A DNA stretch of 64,000 nucleotides, taken from contig CM022668.1 in assembly GCA_012295275.1 (NCBI GenBank), positions 8,618,001 through 8,682,000 on the forward strand, read 5' to 3'. How positions within the stretch are numbered: position 1 is the stretch's first letter; every line of letters starts with the position of its first letter. This document shows positions 25,198 through 40,946 of this stretch, piece after piece. The notes under the pieces were generated by a model. That model did no database searches. It was not told the origin of the DNA and saw only the letters and a program-made list of their open reading frames with translations. The translations under genes and the position numbers were made by a program. Source of the DNA: Chrysomallon squamiferum. Lineage: Eukaryota; Animalia; Mollusca.

Positions 25198-25954
25198 CCC
25201 CATGGCTAGGAACTATATACTTACTATTTACCGCAGACATTATTATTTTTTCTGATTATTTATGAATATTATTGTTATTATAGCTATTATTATTATTATT
25301 ATTATTGTTGTTGTTGTTGTTGTTGTTGTTGTTATTATTATTATTATTAGAAGAAGAAGAAGAAGAAGAAGAAGAAGAAGAAAATGAAGGAGAAGAAGAA
25401 GACGAAGAATTAGAAAAAGAAATTCTTATTTGTTTTTCATTACTTCTTGTTTATGTAAAACTGATGTTTGTTTGTTTTGTTATTATTTTGTTTTGTTTTC
25501 TGTTTTTTTTTTGTTTAATTTTATAGTTTAACGAAGATACAGTGGTGTCGATCAGACAATTTTTTGGAACATATTTGCAGTCTTTATTAACATCCAGCAC
25601 ACGAGTTCAAACATAACTCGTTGTGGCCGGGCACTTCCATAGCAAGCATCACAGCTCTCTCCTAAACCCAGCTGCATCTACAGCGACTTCGTTGATGGAT
25701 ATAAATAAAACATATGTTGCGTGTGATAAAATTTATAATACGCATAAAATACTTTTTTTCGTAGTACTGCATTTGAAACCCGAACAGCGGTCGATGCGAG
25801 CCAGTCACACCAGTCTCTCATCTCATTTATTTTATTTTTGTTTATGCATTGTCAGTTTTATCATATATTTATTATTTATCGGTTACATTATTTTATTATA
25901 TATATAAATAATAAATATATGAAAATATTGAGTATGCGCAAACAAAAATAAAAT

Positions 25955-26013
<59 letters not shown>

Positions 26014-27137
26014 AAAAACTTCGTCTGATTAGTATGTAATTACATAAATTGAATGTGCGCGTGTGTTTGTAGGTGTGTTAAGAAACATATTATATGATGA
26101 TATTTTTGGCTGATATTTTCTAACTCTATTTACATTTTTTTTCTGTATGTATATGTCATTGTGTATGTGTCCCGCTTTAATTATATACTGCTACCATTTT
26201 ATGTGTTAATAATTTTAAAATAAAACTTAATTTGCGCTACACAAGGCTGGCAAAGAGGCTCTAATGAGGTTCCGTCAGAGAAGAAGACGAAGAAGAAGAA
26301 GAAGATACAGAAATACTTATTTGTTTGAATCCGTCCTGTAAAACTGAGGTTTTGTTGTTGTTGATATTGTTTGATAGTTTGAGAAGTGCAGGAAATGGGC
26401 GACTCCATCTTATAAAGTGTTGTATTATTAATTTAGGAGAAAACAAATCCAATAAAATTGTTGTTACAGTTGTAATACTAGTAAAAGAGCTGTCGTCGGT
26501 GTAGTAGATGTAGTAAAAGTATTTCTGAAGATGACTAGTAATGAAAGCAGGAGTGTTCGTTTCTACTGTAATAGCAGAAGTAACAAAATAAAAGTGAAAT
26601 ATGTGAATCTCGAGTGCATTGTTTGCTTTGATGTAACTGCAGCACGCAGCGAAAGCGAGACAAATCAGGTACAAATGATAGAAAACTAGCTGATTATGAG
26701 GCGCAACCCAAAATTATACTTTAACTAGTCAACAATATTCGTGACCAAATATGGGAAATAGTTGTGCATTCATACACTTTCATGGAATGGTTAGAAAAAA
26801 TAAGAAACATAAGAAAAAATACATGGAAATTCCAAGTATCCGGTATTCAACCCTATTATTATTGTCTTTATTTTCTACCATGCATTCCTTAAACACTGTA
26901 AGACACACCCCTTGCAACCTCTACACCTCCACTAGATTATTTTGGGGGGAATGTTTAACTTAAAATAAATTTCTACGACAAATGGTCCTGTGCATATTAT
27001 TTTTATTATTTAATCTGATAATTCAAATCTAAATTGTGTTGATACGTGATATACATTTCCCTGTAAAACTGCTAGTAAACATTACACCTCAACAAAAAGT
27101 CAGTTCGACCACTCACCTATCTCGTGTAAGAAGAAAG

Positions 27138-28247
<1,110 letters not shown>

Positions 28248-28660
28248 GTAAGTTAAATATAGTAGTTTTAGTGTAGCGTACAAGCTTATCTTATTCTTCA
28301 CTTCTTTTCCTTCTTCACTGAACTGATTTCGTTTTTATCTTAACATCAACAGTTTCATGTAAGTAAATTAAAACAGGTATTGTATAGTTAAGCTTTTATA
28401 TGGAAGCCTTCTAAATGTAATTAAACGTCGAATCTTCCCGCGTGGATCAGCAGGTAAGATGTCACATACTACGTTGTTTTCACATAACAGATCCGCAAAA
28501 CTCAACCATAACAATTGCTGTGGTAGTGAGATCTGATATGGAATCATTCCAAATAGGTATAATAAAATAACAATACACTGTCCCGTGATAGATAAATAAC
28601 CGTGCTTAATATGACACTATCTATCTATCTATCTAGCTGTCTGTCTGTGTGTCTGTCTAT

Positions 28661-28759
<99 letters not shown>

Positions 28760-29168
28760 TCTCACACACACACTCAAACACAGACCCAACAAACACATAT
28801 GCATATATATTTGTGCTATGGCCTGTGGATTTTTAAAATATTTATATCTTCAGTTATCGCAGTGGCAGTAAATATTTTTTATTACACACTTTCTGCAGGC
28901 ATTGTCCATATTTGTACTTACTACCACACACACAAAATTTAGCACGTTACATGTAGTATATCCAAGCTTTATTTATTTTTTTGCTTGTGTGCTTGTGTCT
29001 GTGTTTGTGTATGTATGTGTTTGTGTGTGTGTTTGTGTGTTTTGTGCGTGTTTTGTGCGTGTTCTATATCTTTGTACCGCTCTTTCAAATGAATGACAGG
29101 TGGTTTGGAATTCAACATATTTCAATACATATTCAAAATGCACACAACTGGGGTCCTTTCCAATCGCT

Positions 29169-29182
29169 TTTGTTTACGTGGC
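29169..29182 (+). promoter_or_regulatory. TTTGTTTACGTGGC composite element of P5
   Basis: Forkhead-like TGTTTAC overlapping ACGTGGC, 70 nt upstream of the ATG. The same string occurs upstream of P7. Confidence 0.6.
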
Positions 29183-29251
29183 CTTTTCGGTTTGTTTCAG
29201 AAGTTATTTAATTGCTCTGTAACTTGACGCTATTTAAACATCAGAAGTAAC

Positions 29252-30835
29252 ATGAAGCTTTATATCACAATCACTCTTTTTGTAGCAGTGTTTCTGCCTT
29301 TAGCAGATTCCACATCTTTGAAGAGCAAGAAGTCTGCAAATGTCGAAAATCTGGTGAGACAAATTAAAAATAAGCTAAAGGATCAAAAAAGGTATATCAG
29401 CGGATATTATTTTGCAGGTAGATTTTCGTTTTTAGTTTAAAATAATAATATATATAACCAACTAAACCAGGAGATGAGGAAATTGATTTCACTGTATTCA
29501 TCTGTCAAAGTGCTCCTAAAATTGTTGGATACTCTGTGTGTGTGTATGTGTGTGTGTGTGTGTGTATGTTTGTGTGTACACACAACCACATACAGCGTAT
29601 TCAACAATTTTAGGAACAATTTATGTACACATACGCGCACACAAAATCTAAATTCAAAAACTATTTACTGGACCAATTATCACGGATAAAAAAAAGCGAC
29701 GCTTTGTGGCATAAGAATAGCACACACATAAAATGAGAAAAGAGGAGAGGAGAAATGAAAAATTTATTTCCAAAGCTTTCCAGGTGAAAAATAATGCTTA
29801 TTTATTTTTGATACAAAATCAGGGAGTTTTGATGACACAGCAGCTTGGATCAATGTCTAAAAAAAAAAAACTTGTCAAAAAAAGTAGCAGCAGCAATTTT
29901 TAAAGCCTATTACAGCTTTTGGCATATGAAAAGACTTTTAAAAATTAAAGATTTTTCAGAAAACAACATAAATCACCTCCTAGAGCTGACAGAACAGGAT
30001 CCAATAGGATGTAATTTTCACTCGACCGAAAGGTAGCTTACAATTACACCATGAGATGGCAACACACGTGATAGCTCACGAGTGTAAGAACTTTAGTAAC
30101 GCTATTTGCCGCGCCAGGAAGACAACGATGTTTTTAACACACTGAAAAACTGGAGTAAACTGAGGCTCCGACGAAAGTGTCTCTAATATCGCATGTATTA
30201 TCCCCAAACTGTTCAGATTTATACCTGGTCCCAGACCTCAGTGGTAACATAAAAAAAAAGTATTTGTTGAAGTGCTTTTAATAGTAGATACAGCAGTAAT
30301 TATATTAATAGAGTAGTTGGAGTAGTTATTGTAATAAAGGTAGTAGATGCTTTGTAATAAACTGAAAACAATAATGGAATGTAGGACCTTAAACATTGCA
30401 ATAGCCGTAGCTGTAATATTGCGATATACTGAAGTAATCGTGGAAATAATAATATTAATAATAATACTAGTTAAAGTGTTAATAGTTGTTATAGTAGTAA
30501 TACTAGTAATACTAGTTATAGTAGAAGTGGTAGTAGTTGTAGTAGTAGTATAAATGATAGTTGTATTAACTTTAGAAATATTATTATCAGTAATGCTAGT
30601 AGATATAGTAAACATAAAAAGCTTAAAATTATAATAATAAAATTTTTTTTTTTACATAATATGTATGATATAGAAACCTTAATAATATACTATGTGACCT
30701 TTTGCTTCAACAAATTATTTTTATTTTTCCTTTACAGAAAAAGAGCGTAAGTTTTTTTAAGTTTATTTTTTAATAATAACAATAATAACAACAAGCAACA
30801 GTAACAATAATTATAATAGTAATAACAATAACAGT

Positions 30836-30895
<60 letters not shown>

Positions 30896-31302
30896 TAAAT
30901 ATATCTACAGTTTTCTTTCCTTCTTGTTTTAATTTTTCTTTCTTTTCTTTATTTCATTTAAATTTTTCTTCATTTTTGATCATATTAAACCTTTTGATTC
31001 TTTCAGTGTGCGAGAACAATCCAAAACCTGCAGTATGTCAGTATACCTACCATGATTGCTATGCAAACTGGGGACATGTGAACAATATTTATTTATGCAC
31101 AAATGAAAACCCATGCTGCGAAGGTGAGTGATTGTACTAGCATGTGATCAATAACTGGGTAGTGGATAGATTAACAGATGTAGAGATAGATTCATAGATA
31201 TATAGATATGTACATAGATAGATTTATAGATATATAGATATATCGGTAGATAAATAGATAGACATACAGAGAGACATACAGATTATAAATAGATAAAATA
31301 TT

Positions 31303-31362
<60 letters not shown>

Positions 31363-31825
31363 AAAAATGTTGTTATTGGTGGTTTGCTGATGTTGTTGTT
31401 AGTATTAACATTACTGTAACTATTGTTGTTTTAACTGTTCTGGGGTCAGTGTGTCTGTTCACTAAAAATAATGCGAAAAATTAAATCTCACCCTCGCTTA
31501 TGTTTCGAAACACTGATATTTCCAACTCAGAAGCGGTTCCCCTCAATTATTGCAAAACTGGGGGTGTTCAAATAAGCATAGCTCACCAACCAGTTCGTGA
31601 AATGTGTCTTTACAACAAAACAAAAAAAATCAAAATAAATAAATAAATAAATAAATCATAATAATAAAAAAATAATGAACAGAAAGAAAACCAAATCTTA
31701 TTTTTTACATAAGGATAATGTAAAGGAAGATGACTTTTTGACCTTCAGCTTTGCATTGTGGATCCCGTGACCTTGAAAATGCCTTCCTTAAAACATTTAG
31801 CCGAGTATACTTTCTACACAGTGGA

Positions 31826-31885
<60 letters not shown>

Positions 31886-31919
31886 TTTATAATGATGACG
31901 GTATCTCAGTCCTGATAAT

Positions 31920-31992
<73 letters not shown>

Positions 31993-32026
31993 TTTATAAT
32001 GATGACGGTATCTCAGTCCTGATAAT

Positions 32027-32066
<40 letters not shown>

Positions 32067-32100
32067 TTTATAATGATGACGGTATCTCAGTCCTGATAAT

Positions 32101-32165
<65 letters not shown>

Positions 32166-32314
32166 TAATAATACCGTCACTATAAATATTATTATTGTCG
32201 TTTTTCTAGTAGCTGTTGCTGTTTTGGTCTGTATTGTTTGTTCGTGTATTTTATTTTATTTTATTTTATTTTTTTATTTTAATTCTGTTATTTTATTTTA
32301 CAGTGGGTACATAA
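29252..32314 (+). CDS. P5: secreted six-Cys defensin-like prepropeptide (100 aa)
   Basis: Exons 29252-29417 (MKLYITITLFVAVFLPLADSTSLKSKKSANVENLVRQIKNKLKDQKRYISGYYFA), 30738-30746 (9 nt, EKE), 31007-31123 (117 nt, LCENNPKPAVCQYTYHDCYANWGHVNNIYLCTNENPCCE) and 32304-32314 (VGT*). Phase-1 GT-AG introns; KR site; AATAAA at 32402. Confidence 0.85.
31828..32195. repeat. Compound repeat: (AAT)n plus a 38-bp unit x3, followed by a partial inverted copy
   Basis: atttataatgatgacggtatctcagtcctgataatgtt occurs three times, separated by AAT runs. ataccgtcactataaat at 32171 is a partial reverse complement. Confidence 0.8.
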
Positions 32315-32712
32315 CCAGTGTTGAACAGAACCCAACAAGCTGTGTTCGCCAGATTTCCTCTTGATGATAAATATTCCATCTTTACTATTCATTTCTGTTT
32401 AAATAAAATTTCGAAACTGTTTTCTTTATTATTTCCTATTTTATTTTCATTTTTAAACTCTCGAGCTTATATGATTATTATTATTATCATTATAACATCG
32501 ATGCATACTTACATCCATCCATCCATCCATCCATCCATCCATACATACATACGTTCATACACACAACACACATATATAACAGACATCAGTAACCGTCGCT
32601 GATATATTTAGTTGGGGTTGTGTTTTGATTGCTCTTACAGTCTTATAGATATCAAAGTAGACTGAAATTACATTTACAGCTGTCACTCATAGATAGGTAG
32701 GGACACTGGATA

Positions 32713-33872
32713 GCTGTTAGGGTTAGTAGTTATGTGTTAGAGGTAGGTGTTATCTGTTAGAGATAGGAGTTATCTGTTAGAGGTATGAGTTATTTGTTAG
32801 AGATAGGTGTTATCTGTTAGAGGTAGGAGTTATCTGTTAGAGGTATGAGTTATTTGTTAGAGGTAGGAGTTATCTGTTAGAGGTAGGAGTTATCTGTTAG
32901 AGGTATGAGTTATTTCTTAGAGATAGGTGTTATCTGTTAGAGGTAGGAGTTATCTGTTACAGGTAGGTGTTATCTGTTAAAGGTAGGAGTTATCTGTTAG
33001 AGGTAGGTGTTATCTGTTAGGGTTAGGAGTTATCTGTCAGAGGTAGGAGTTATCTGTTAGAGGTAGGAGTTATCTGTTACAGGTGGGTGTTATCTGTTAG
33101 AGGTAGGAGTTATCTGTTACAGGTAGGAGTTATCTGTTACAGGTAGGTGTTATCTGTTACAGGTAGGAGTTATCTGTTACAGGTAGGTGTTATCTTTTAG
33201 ATGTAGGTGTTATCTATTAGAGGTAGGAGTTATCTGTTAGAGGTAGGTGTTATCTGTTAGGGTTAGGAGTTATCTGTCAGAGGTAGGAGTTATCTGTTAG
33301 AGGTAGGAGTTATGTGTTAGAGGTAGGAGTTATGTGTTAGAGATAGGAGTTATCTGTTAGAGGTAGGAGTTATATGTTAGAGGTAGGAGTTATGTGTTAG
33401 AGATAGGAGTTATCTGTTAGAGGTAGGAGTTATGTGTTAGAGGTAGTGTTATCTGTTACAGGTAGGTGTTATCTGTTAGAGATAGGTGTTATCTGTTACA
33501 GGTAGGAGTTATCTGTTACAGGTAGGAGTTATGTGTTAGAGATAGTGTTATCTGTTACAGTTAGGTGTTATCTGTTAGAGATAGGTGTTATCTGTTACAG
33601 GTAGGAGTTATTTGTTAGAGATAGGTGTTATCTGTTAGAGGTATGAGTTATCTGTTAGAGGTAGGAGTTATCTGTTAGAGGTAGGAGTTATCTGTTAGAG
33701 ATAGGTGTTGTCTGTTAGAGGTAGGTGTTGTCTGTTAGAGATAGGTGTTATCTGTTAGAGGTAGGTGTTATTTTTAGAGGTAGGTGTTATCTGTTAGAGG
33801 TAGGTGTTATTTTTAGAGGTAGGTGTTATTTTTAGAGGTAGGTGTTATTTTTAGAGGTAGGTGTTGTCTGTT
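32713..33872. repeat. 20-bp minisatellite
   Basis: Tandem aggtagg(a/t)gttatctgttag units over ~1.15 kb. Confidence 0.95.
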
Positions 33873-34073
33873 TCAAGTGCATGTTAACTGGTAGTGGTTA
33901 CCAATTAGTGAGCTGACTTATATTGAAACAGCAGAAGAAAACTCCCGTATAAATCTCGAGAACAGATTAAAATCGTAACCAAAACAAACTTCAGTTTCCA
34001 TGTAGTTTGATCTGCATAATCATCATCATTACTTATTTAATGATTTATTGATTTATTTTGTTCTTTTTATTTT

Positions 34074-34131
<58 letters not shown>

Positions 34132-34155
34132 ATTATTATAATTTATTGTTATTTC

Positions 34156-34207
<52 letters not shown>

Positions 34208-34712
34208 GTTATTAATAAGTATTTGTCGGTTCTGCTTTTGTGTGTTGAGTCAAATCATTTCACCTTTAAATAAGATTTTGTGAAGAAAATGAGTATGAAA
34301 TTCGTACTGTTTCGATGTTTCTGATGTATTTGTGGAAAGACTTATCTACTGAAATATTCGTACTTTGAATTTACTACTCTCATGTAACTTTAAAATTGTA
34401 TAATATCAAAACTATTAAAAATATTTCGGCTCTGTCTTTTTAATATTATTATTTTTATTTTTTTTTGTGTTCCGCTGTAAGTTTGTCAAATTGAATTAGT
34501 GAAAACAAAAGAAAACGTTTTTTTGTGTTAATGGACAGTGATAAAACAGAAATCTATTTATTACTGCAGTAATACGAGTCAGCGCAAGTTTTATTATTCC
34601 GACACTGTAATACAATATGAAAAATGAAAACATAATTTCATTTGCATTATCGATAAAACTTCCTGATATATAAGTAGATATTCTAACAGCACAGAACAGT
34701 AGCATATACAAC

Positions 34713-36547
34713 ATGAAGCAGGTTATCGTCGTTTGCCTCATTGTCTCTGTGATGTGCCTGGTTGTATTAGATGGACGTAGAGTCTGGAAAGACAGCGTCG
34801 GACCACCAAACAAGGCTTTCTGGAGTAAATTTCTTGTGTATTTGTTTCACATTATAAAATTCCTCATTACTCTGTTAGTCTTAAATGACTGGCAGGGTAG
34901 TACACGCATTTTGTATTGTCAGTTAATGGATACATAAGCAAAAGGTTACTAGACATATGACTAATCTGTCTCAGAAAGCAAGAAGTGTTGTCATGCTTCT
35001 TCGACTGCTGGTGGAAGACGGCAGTTTTAAAAAGTTTTATTCTTTGTCAGTCTACTGTTTACAGAGAAGCATGACAAAAATCTGCTTGACCTTTTCTTTA
35101 TTTATTTAAGGGTTGGTGACATGAAAAAGGTTATATGAAAGATTTAGCTGAAATACACACACACAGTTTTCCATTCATTATAAACGCTTTTTACAGACAG
35201 ATTTATGTTCAAGTGTGTGACGACTGTTATAAGATATGGAAATATTTTTAGGGAAACTTCACTATAAACTTCGAAGTCGGATATATTGGATCACTGAGAA
35301 AATAATGCACCATCTAAGAACAGATGGATCATTCAGTGTCCTTTCATTACAGCATTTTTTTGTCATGCATCTTCACCGTCTCCAACTGTCCGTCTTACAG
35401 ATATTTAGAACCATGTTTAGCAGGAATAATGGTAAACTTCGGTTTAATCAGATGCGTGTATTACTTGTAGCTAGTGTTAACACTGAAACACTACTGGGAT
35501 TCCCATCTCTGTCCCAATCATACTGTCTCATAAGTTGTATTTATTATTATTATTATTATTATTATTACAGTATTATTATATTATTTTAGAGTTCTTCACC
35601 TAATAATAAGTGATTAATGTATTAATTCTCTGTATACGTCTATGATATGTTCCTCTTTTTTTTTCAGCCAACGGAAAAACAAATATGTCTTTCATTAATA
35701 TAACAACAAAATCATTAGCAGTAACAGGAACAGCATATTAAATATATAATTTAAACTTATTTTCAAATCTATTATTTTCATTCGCTGACATTTTGATAAA
35801 GTGTTTCATAACAGTAAATAATTTAAGTCACAGAAAATCTGACAAAAATTTAAAAAAGAGTAATACAAAATTAATATAACTTTCTTTGTTTATTTTTTAT
35901 TTCCTGAATTGTTTCGTTTTCTTTCCTTTTTCTTTTTTAATCATTTTGTTCAGAAGATGAGCGAATTTTTATTAACTGTCAAAGATAAGAAATCTAAAAT
36001 TTAATCGTACAAAAATGAATTATACTTTCAGAGTGTGGCAGTTTTCCTGTAAGTTTCAGGTGTGTGTCTTCGCCTTCTGAGTGTCACGTTATCCAAGGAT
36101 ACATACTTCAGCGCTTCGCCTGCCGCGACAACAAACTTCACTGCTGCATTTGTAAGTCGCGATTCATTTGTGTGTAAACCGGAGAACACAGATATCTCAC
36201 AAACTGGCACCCCATAGAGTGGAACACCCCGAAACAAACATCCCATAAAACTAATACACATAAGGTCTCAAAAATAAATAAATAGATAAATAAATAACAG
36301 ACATAACCTTTCTTTTTAATAGTGTCATGTGATGTATTCATTTTTTTTTATTAATACAGCTTCATCGGTAATAAATAATTATTAAATACAGCTTCATAAC
36401 TATTAAATTTCCTAAACTGAATAAAAACATACGTACGTTTATGTGATATGAATAAATGTTTTACACACACACACACACACATTATATATATATATGTAGA
36501 CTAATATTACTGTTTTAAAAAATATTCTCATTATTAGTATTATTAAA

Positions 36548-36595
<48 letters not shown>

Positions 36596-36718
36596 ATTAT
36601 TATTATTTCATTATTATCATTATTATCATCATCAACATTATTTTTACTTACCATTTTTTTCCTCTAGAGATAATGTATGTGTGTGAGGTGTATTTTTCTT
36701 CTTTCAGATACAAGTTAA
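34713..36718 (+). CDS. P6: secreted six-Cys defensin-like peptide (80 aa)
   Basis: Exons 34713-34824 (MKQVIVVCLIVSVMCLVVLDGRRVWKDSVGPPNKAFW), 36032-36151 (120 nt, KCGSFPVSFRCVSSPSECHVIQGYILQRFACRDNKLHCCI) and 36708-36718 (YTS*). Phase-1 GT-AG introns; TATATAAG near 34667. Confidence 0.8.
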
Positions 36719-36865
36719 CCCGCTGAAAAACTGTGTTAAACACACAGCTGGAAATTCTCTAAAACCCCGCAGAAAAAATGTCGAAAAAAATGTTTAACTT
36801 CTGTCTTTTGTTTTCATTTTCCTTATCAATGGTGTATATTATTATCATCATTTTTGTTATTGTTG

Positions 36866-36899
<34 letters not shown>

Positions 36900-37244
36900 C
36901 ATTATTATTATTATTTCCTCTTCACAAAACACAAAATCTCAAATGATAGGAAAAATATATACTTATACACACCTACATACATACATACATACGTACATAC
37001 GTATACACACACACACACACATACACGCATATATATTGTTTTACAGATTATTTACTATTGGTTATTTAAAAAAAAGGTAAAATGCAGATATTTCCCGTTT
37101 AATTTGAATTAATCAATGGTCCGGAATTTTCTCTTTCTTCTTGTCTGTAAGAAATTGTTACCAGAAAAGTCAATATTTATTTTATATATTATTATTATTA
37201 TTATTATTATTTTAATTTTCTTTATTTTATTTTTTTATTTATTC

Positions 37245-37320
<76 letters not shown>

Positions 37321-38149
37321 TTATTTTATTTTAATTTTTGTTGTTGGCGTATTTCTCTTCATTGAATGTAGAAAACATATTGAAGGTAGCAAATAGCTAT
37401 GATGACAAAATCTGGATTTATTTCTTCATCACCGAGGTGAATTGTGTTTTCAGTGCATTCAAAGACGGATGTACGGACACAAAGATGTATATCAGTAAAC
37501 ACGTGCATGCTTATGACAACAATTTCAATATTTTCCCCAAATAGTTCACATCACTGACAATATATATTTAATTTCCGTTTCTTTCTAAATTTTACAATTC
37601 TAATTCAGTATTATAATAATTCAAATTAAAATGTTGATTTTTTTTTTATTATTTATGTAGATAAACAATAAAACAAATGTTACCCTTTCGTTTCCTATGA
37701 TTTGTGCCACATGTGGCAGATATATTTGCCAAAAACCAAAAAAAAAAAATAAAAATAAAATAAAAAAATAAAAATAAAAATGATTATATTTTAGCATGTA
37801 ATCGGTTTAGTAAATTTTTGACATTTTCTCTTTTAATAACGTTTCATATTTAATTAGAATATGTGTATATGTGTGTTTACGGATGTACGGATGTGTGTGT
37901 GTGTGTGTAAATTCATAAGCAAGTAAGAAAAATAGTCATCATAATATAAACCCTGCAGAGAAGAAATAATAATAACGAAAAATAAATAAATAAATAAATT
38001 AATTAATAGATAAAGAAAAAAGAAAAATAAGAAGTAAAGAAAACCTTTATGATAATTAGGAAGATGTGCTTAATTAAGACAGTATAACTGATTTTCTTTA
38101 CATCTGTTTTATTTCTAGACTGCACTTCTTCGTGCTTTCCATTCATGGA

Positions 38150-38255
38150 TTAAGACACTGTAAAAAAAAAAAAAGTATAAATAAAATGAATTAAGTAATA
38201 GTCACAGATTAAAAACGAGAACGAAAGAGAATAAACAAAAAGTAATCAATTATGC

Positions 38256-38325
<70 letters not shown>

Positions 38326-38683
38326 AAGAATAGAATATGGCAATTGCAGTATCTTAATATATGTTTGACTAATATTTATTCATCCCTTTAATTCATTGAT
38401 CACATGATCGTATTATTACTTACTTATGCAACAATGTTTTCCATTTTCGCATGTAAAATCAGTGGATACATATCCGCCAGATCCGTAACACTCATTGAAA
38501 CCATATGAACAGTATGAATGGTCGCTTCTATCAAAGCAGTCTGAAGAAATAAATATATTTAATAGGAATTTTCTTTCTTAACTTTAAAGTAGTAATGTGA
38601 AAATACAGAAATCAGTTTGCTCATCAAGAAGAAAAAGAAGAAGCAGGAGGAAGAGAAGAAAAAATTATATTCCAAAGAAGTAT

Positions 38684-38718
<35 letters not shown>

Positions 38719-39259
38719 CTTATTTATTTATTTATTTATTTATTTGTGTATTTATTTATTTATTTATTTATTTATTTGTGTATTTATTTATTTATTTATT
38801 TTTTGTGTATTTATTTATTTATTTGTGTATTTATTTATTTATTTATTTATTTGTGTATTTATTTATTTATTTATTTACTTAGTTATTTATTTATGTATTT
38901 ATTTATTTATTTATTTACTTATTTATTTATTTATTTATTTATTTACTTATTTATTTATTTATTTATTTATTTGTTTATTTATTTATTTGTTTGTTTGTTT
39001 GTTTATTTATTTATTTATTTATTTATTTGTTGTTGTTATTATTACAACTATTATTACTGTTCGTATCATATTTCTACTAATGTAGCATATGTTTGTATAC
39101 ATCGTTATCTCAAAGGATAGAGAAAAAGCTCATCGGAAACTGACCTCCGTAATGATGTCTCTTCCTAAGTATTTCCTCGTTTTCACTCGACATCGGCTTC
39201 GCATGTGCCAAAGCGCTACATATTAAAACAGCAACGGCGACTGAGATGAAAAGCTTCAT
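38150..39259 (-). CDS. P7: secreted six-Cys defensin-like prepropeptide (79 aa)
   Basis: Exons 39259-39145 (MKLFISVAVAVLICSALAHAKPMSSENEEILRKRHHYG), 38540-38424 (117 nt, DCFDRSDHSYCSYGFNECYGSGGYVSTDFTCENGKHCCI) and 38157-38150 (MS*). RKR site; AATAAA at 38113-38108. Entirely absent from the ORF track. Confidence 0.87.
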
Positions 39260-39347
39260 ATTAGTTTTTATTTATTTATTCAAGTTTATTATCAAAATAG
39301 TGAAATGAGATGTACCCATGCAGCTTAATATAGCCGTGCTACTGAAG

Positions 39348-39363
39348 TGCCACGTAAACAAAA
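39348..39363 (-). promoter_or_regulatory. TTTTGTTTACGTGGCA composite element of P7
   Basis: TGCCACGTAAACAAAA on the + strand, 89 nt upstream of the ATG. Confidence 0.6.
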
Positions 39364-39620
39364 CACCTGCTAAATGAATATTTACAAGATAAAAACAAAC
39401 ATTACATTCCAACCTTCCCACCTGCCATTGATCTGACAGATACACAGAGTTAAACAGGGAAGATCAGAGAAAATAAAATCAAATAAATGAATGAATAAAA
39501 ATAAACAAATAAGCAAACAAATAAAAAGTACATAAATAAACAAGTACACAACGGAACAACTAAACAAACAAAATAAACAAGCATACAAGCAAACAAACGA
39601 ACACATGCACAAACAAACAA

Positions 39621-39651
<31 letters not shown>

Positions 39652-40044
39652 AAAATAAAATAAAAAATAAAAAAATAAATGTTATTCCAAAACTCAGTCT
39701 GATGTGATAATGGTCATTACTTCATGCTGGCAAATCTAATTAGTTGTGCAATAACTGACACCCAATAGTAGATGACAACTGAAATTTCATTAATTGTGTA
39801 AAAGTGCTTAAATCATTTTTTTCTCTTTACTTTATAAGTGTTGAGTGGTCTGTACGCCTTTTCCAAATACACTCTTACGTGTTTCTACATTCATACATAC
39901 GCACGTACGTACATTCACAGATAAATTCATACATATATGTATATATATATATATAGATAAAGAGAAAGAGAGATATAAGCAGATACACACACACACACAC
40001 ACAAACATATATATTTACACACACGCACATAGATAGAATATATA

Positions 40045-40870
40045 TTTACAGACACGGATAGAAAGAAACAGACAGAAGCAGATACACACACATAGTTACA
40101 GAGACACGGACAGAAAGAGAGAGACAGAAGCAGATACACACATATAGTTACAGAGACACGGACAGAAAGATAGAGACAGAAGGAGATATATATATACCCA
40201 CACATAGTTACAGAGACACGGACAGAAAGAGAGAGACAGAAGCAGAGTTACAGAGACACGGACAGAAAGAGAGAGCCAGAAGCAGATACACACACATAGT
40301 TACAGAGACACGGACAGAAAGAGACAGAAGCAGACAGAAACGGACAGAGAGACAGAAGCATATACACACACATAGTTACAGAGACACGGACAGAAAGAGA
40401 GAGCCAGAAGCAGATACACACACATAGTTACAGAGACACGGACAGAAAGAGAGAGACAGAAGCAGATACACACACATAGTTACAGAGACACGGACAGAAA
40501 GAGAGAGACAGAAGCAGATACACAGACACATAGTTTCAGAGACACGGATAGAAAGAGAGAGACAGAAGCAGATATCTATACACACACATAGTTACAGAGA
40601 CACAGATAGAAAGAAAGAGACAGAAGCAGATAGACACACATAGTTACAGAGACACGGATAGAAAGAAAGAGACAGAAGCAGATACACACACATAGTTACA
40701 GAAACACGGATAGAAAGAGAGAGACAGAAGCAGAGATATATATATATATATATATATAGACACATACAGAGCCACAGATAGAAAAGAGAGAGAGAGAGAT
40801 AGAAGCAGATATATATATATTTATATAGACACATACAGAGTCACAGATAGAAAGAGAGAGACAGAAGCAG

Positions 40871-40901
<31 letters not shown>

Positions 40902-40946
40902 TACAGAGTCACAGATAGAAAAGAGAGAGAGAGATAGAAGCAGATA
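40045..40946. repeat. ~50-bp minisatellite
   Basis: Tandem cacacatagttacagagacacggacagaaagagagagacagaagcagata variants. Confidence 0.9.

Noticed and set aside
25590-25705. Cys-containing minus-strand stretch (…CRC…GESCDACYGS…) as a ninth paralogue or EGF remnant
   Set aside because: Needs several frameshifts, lacks the CC end and family spacing, and has no clear splice sites.
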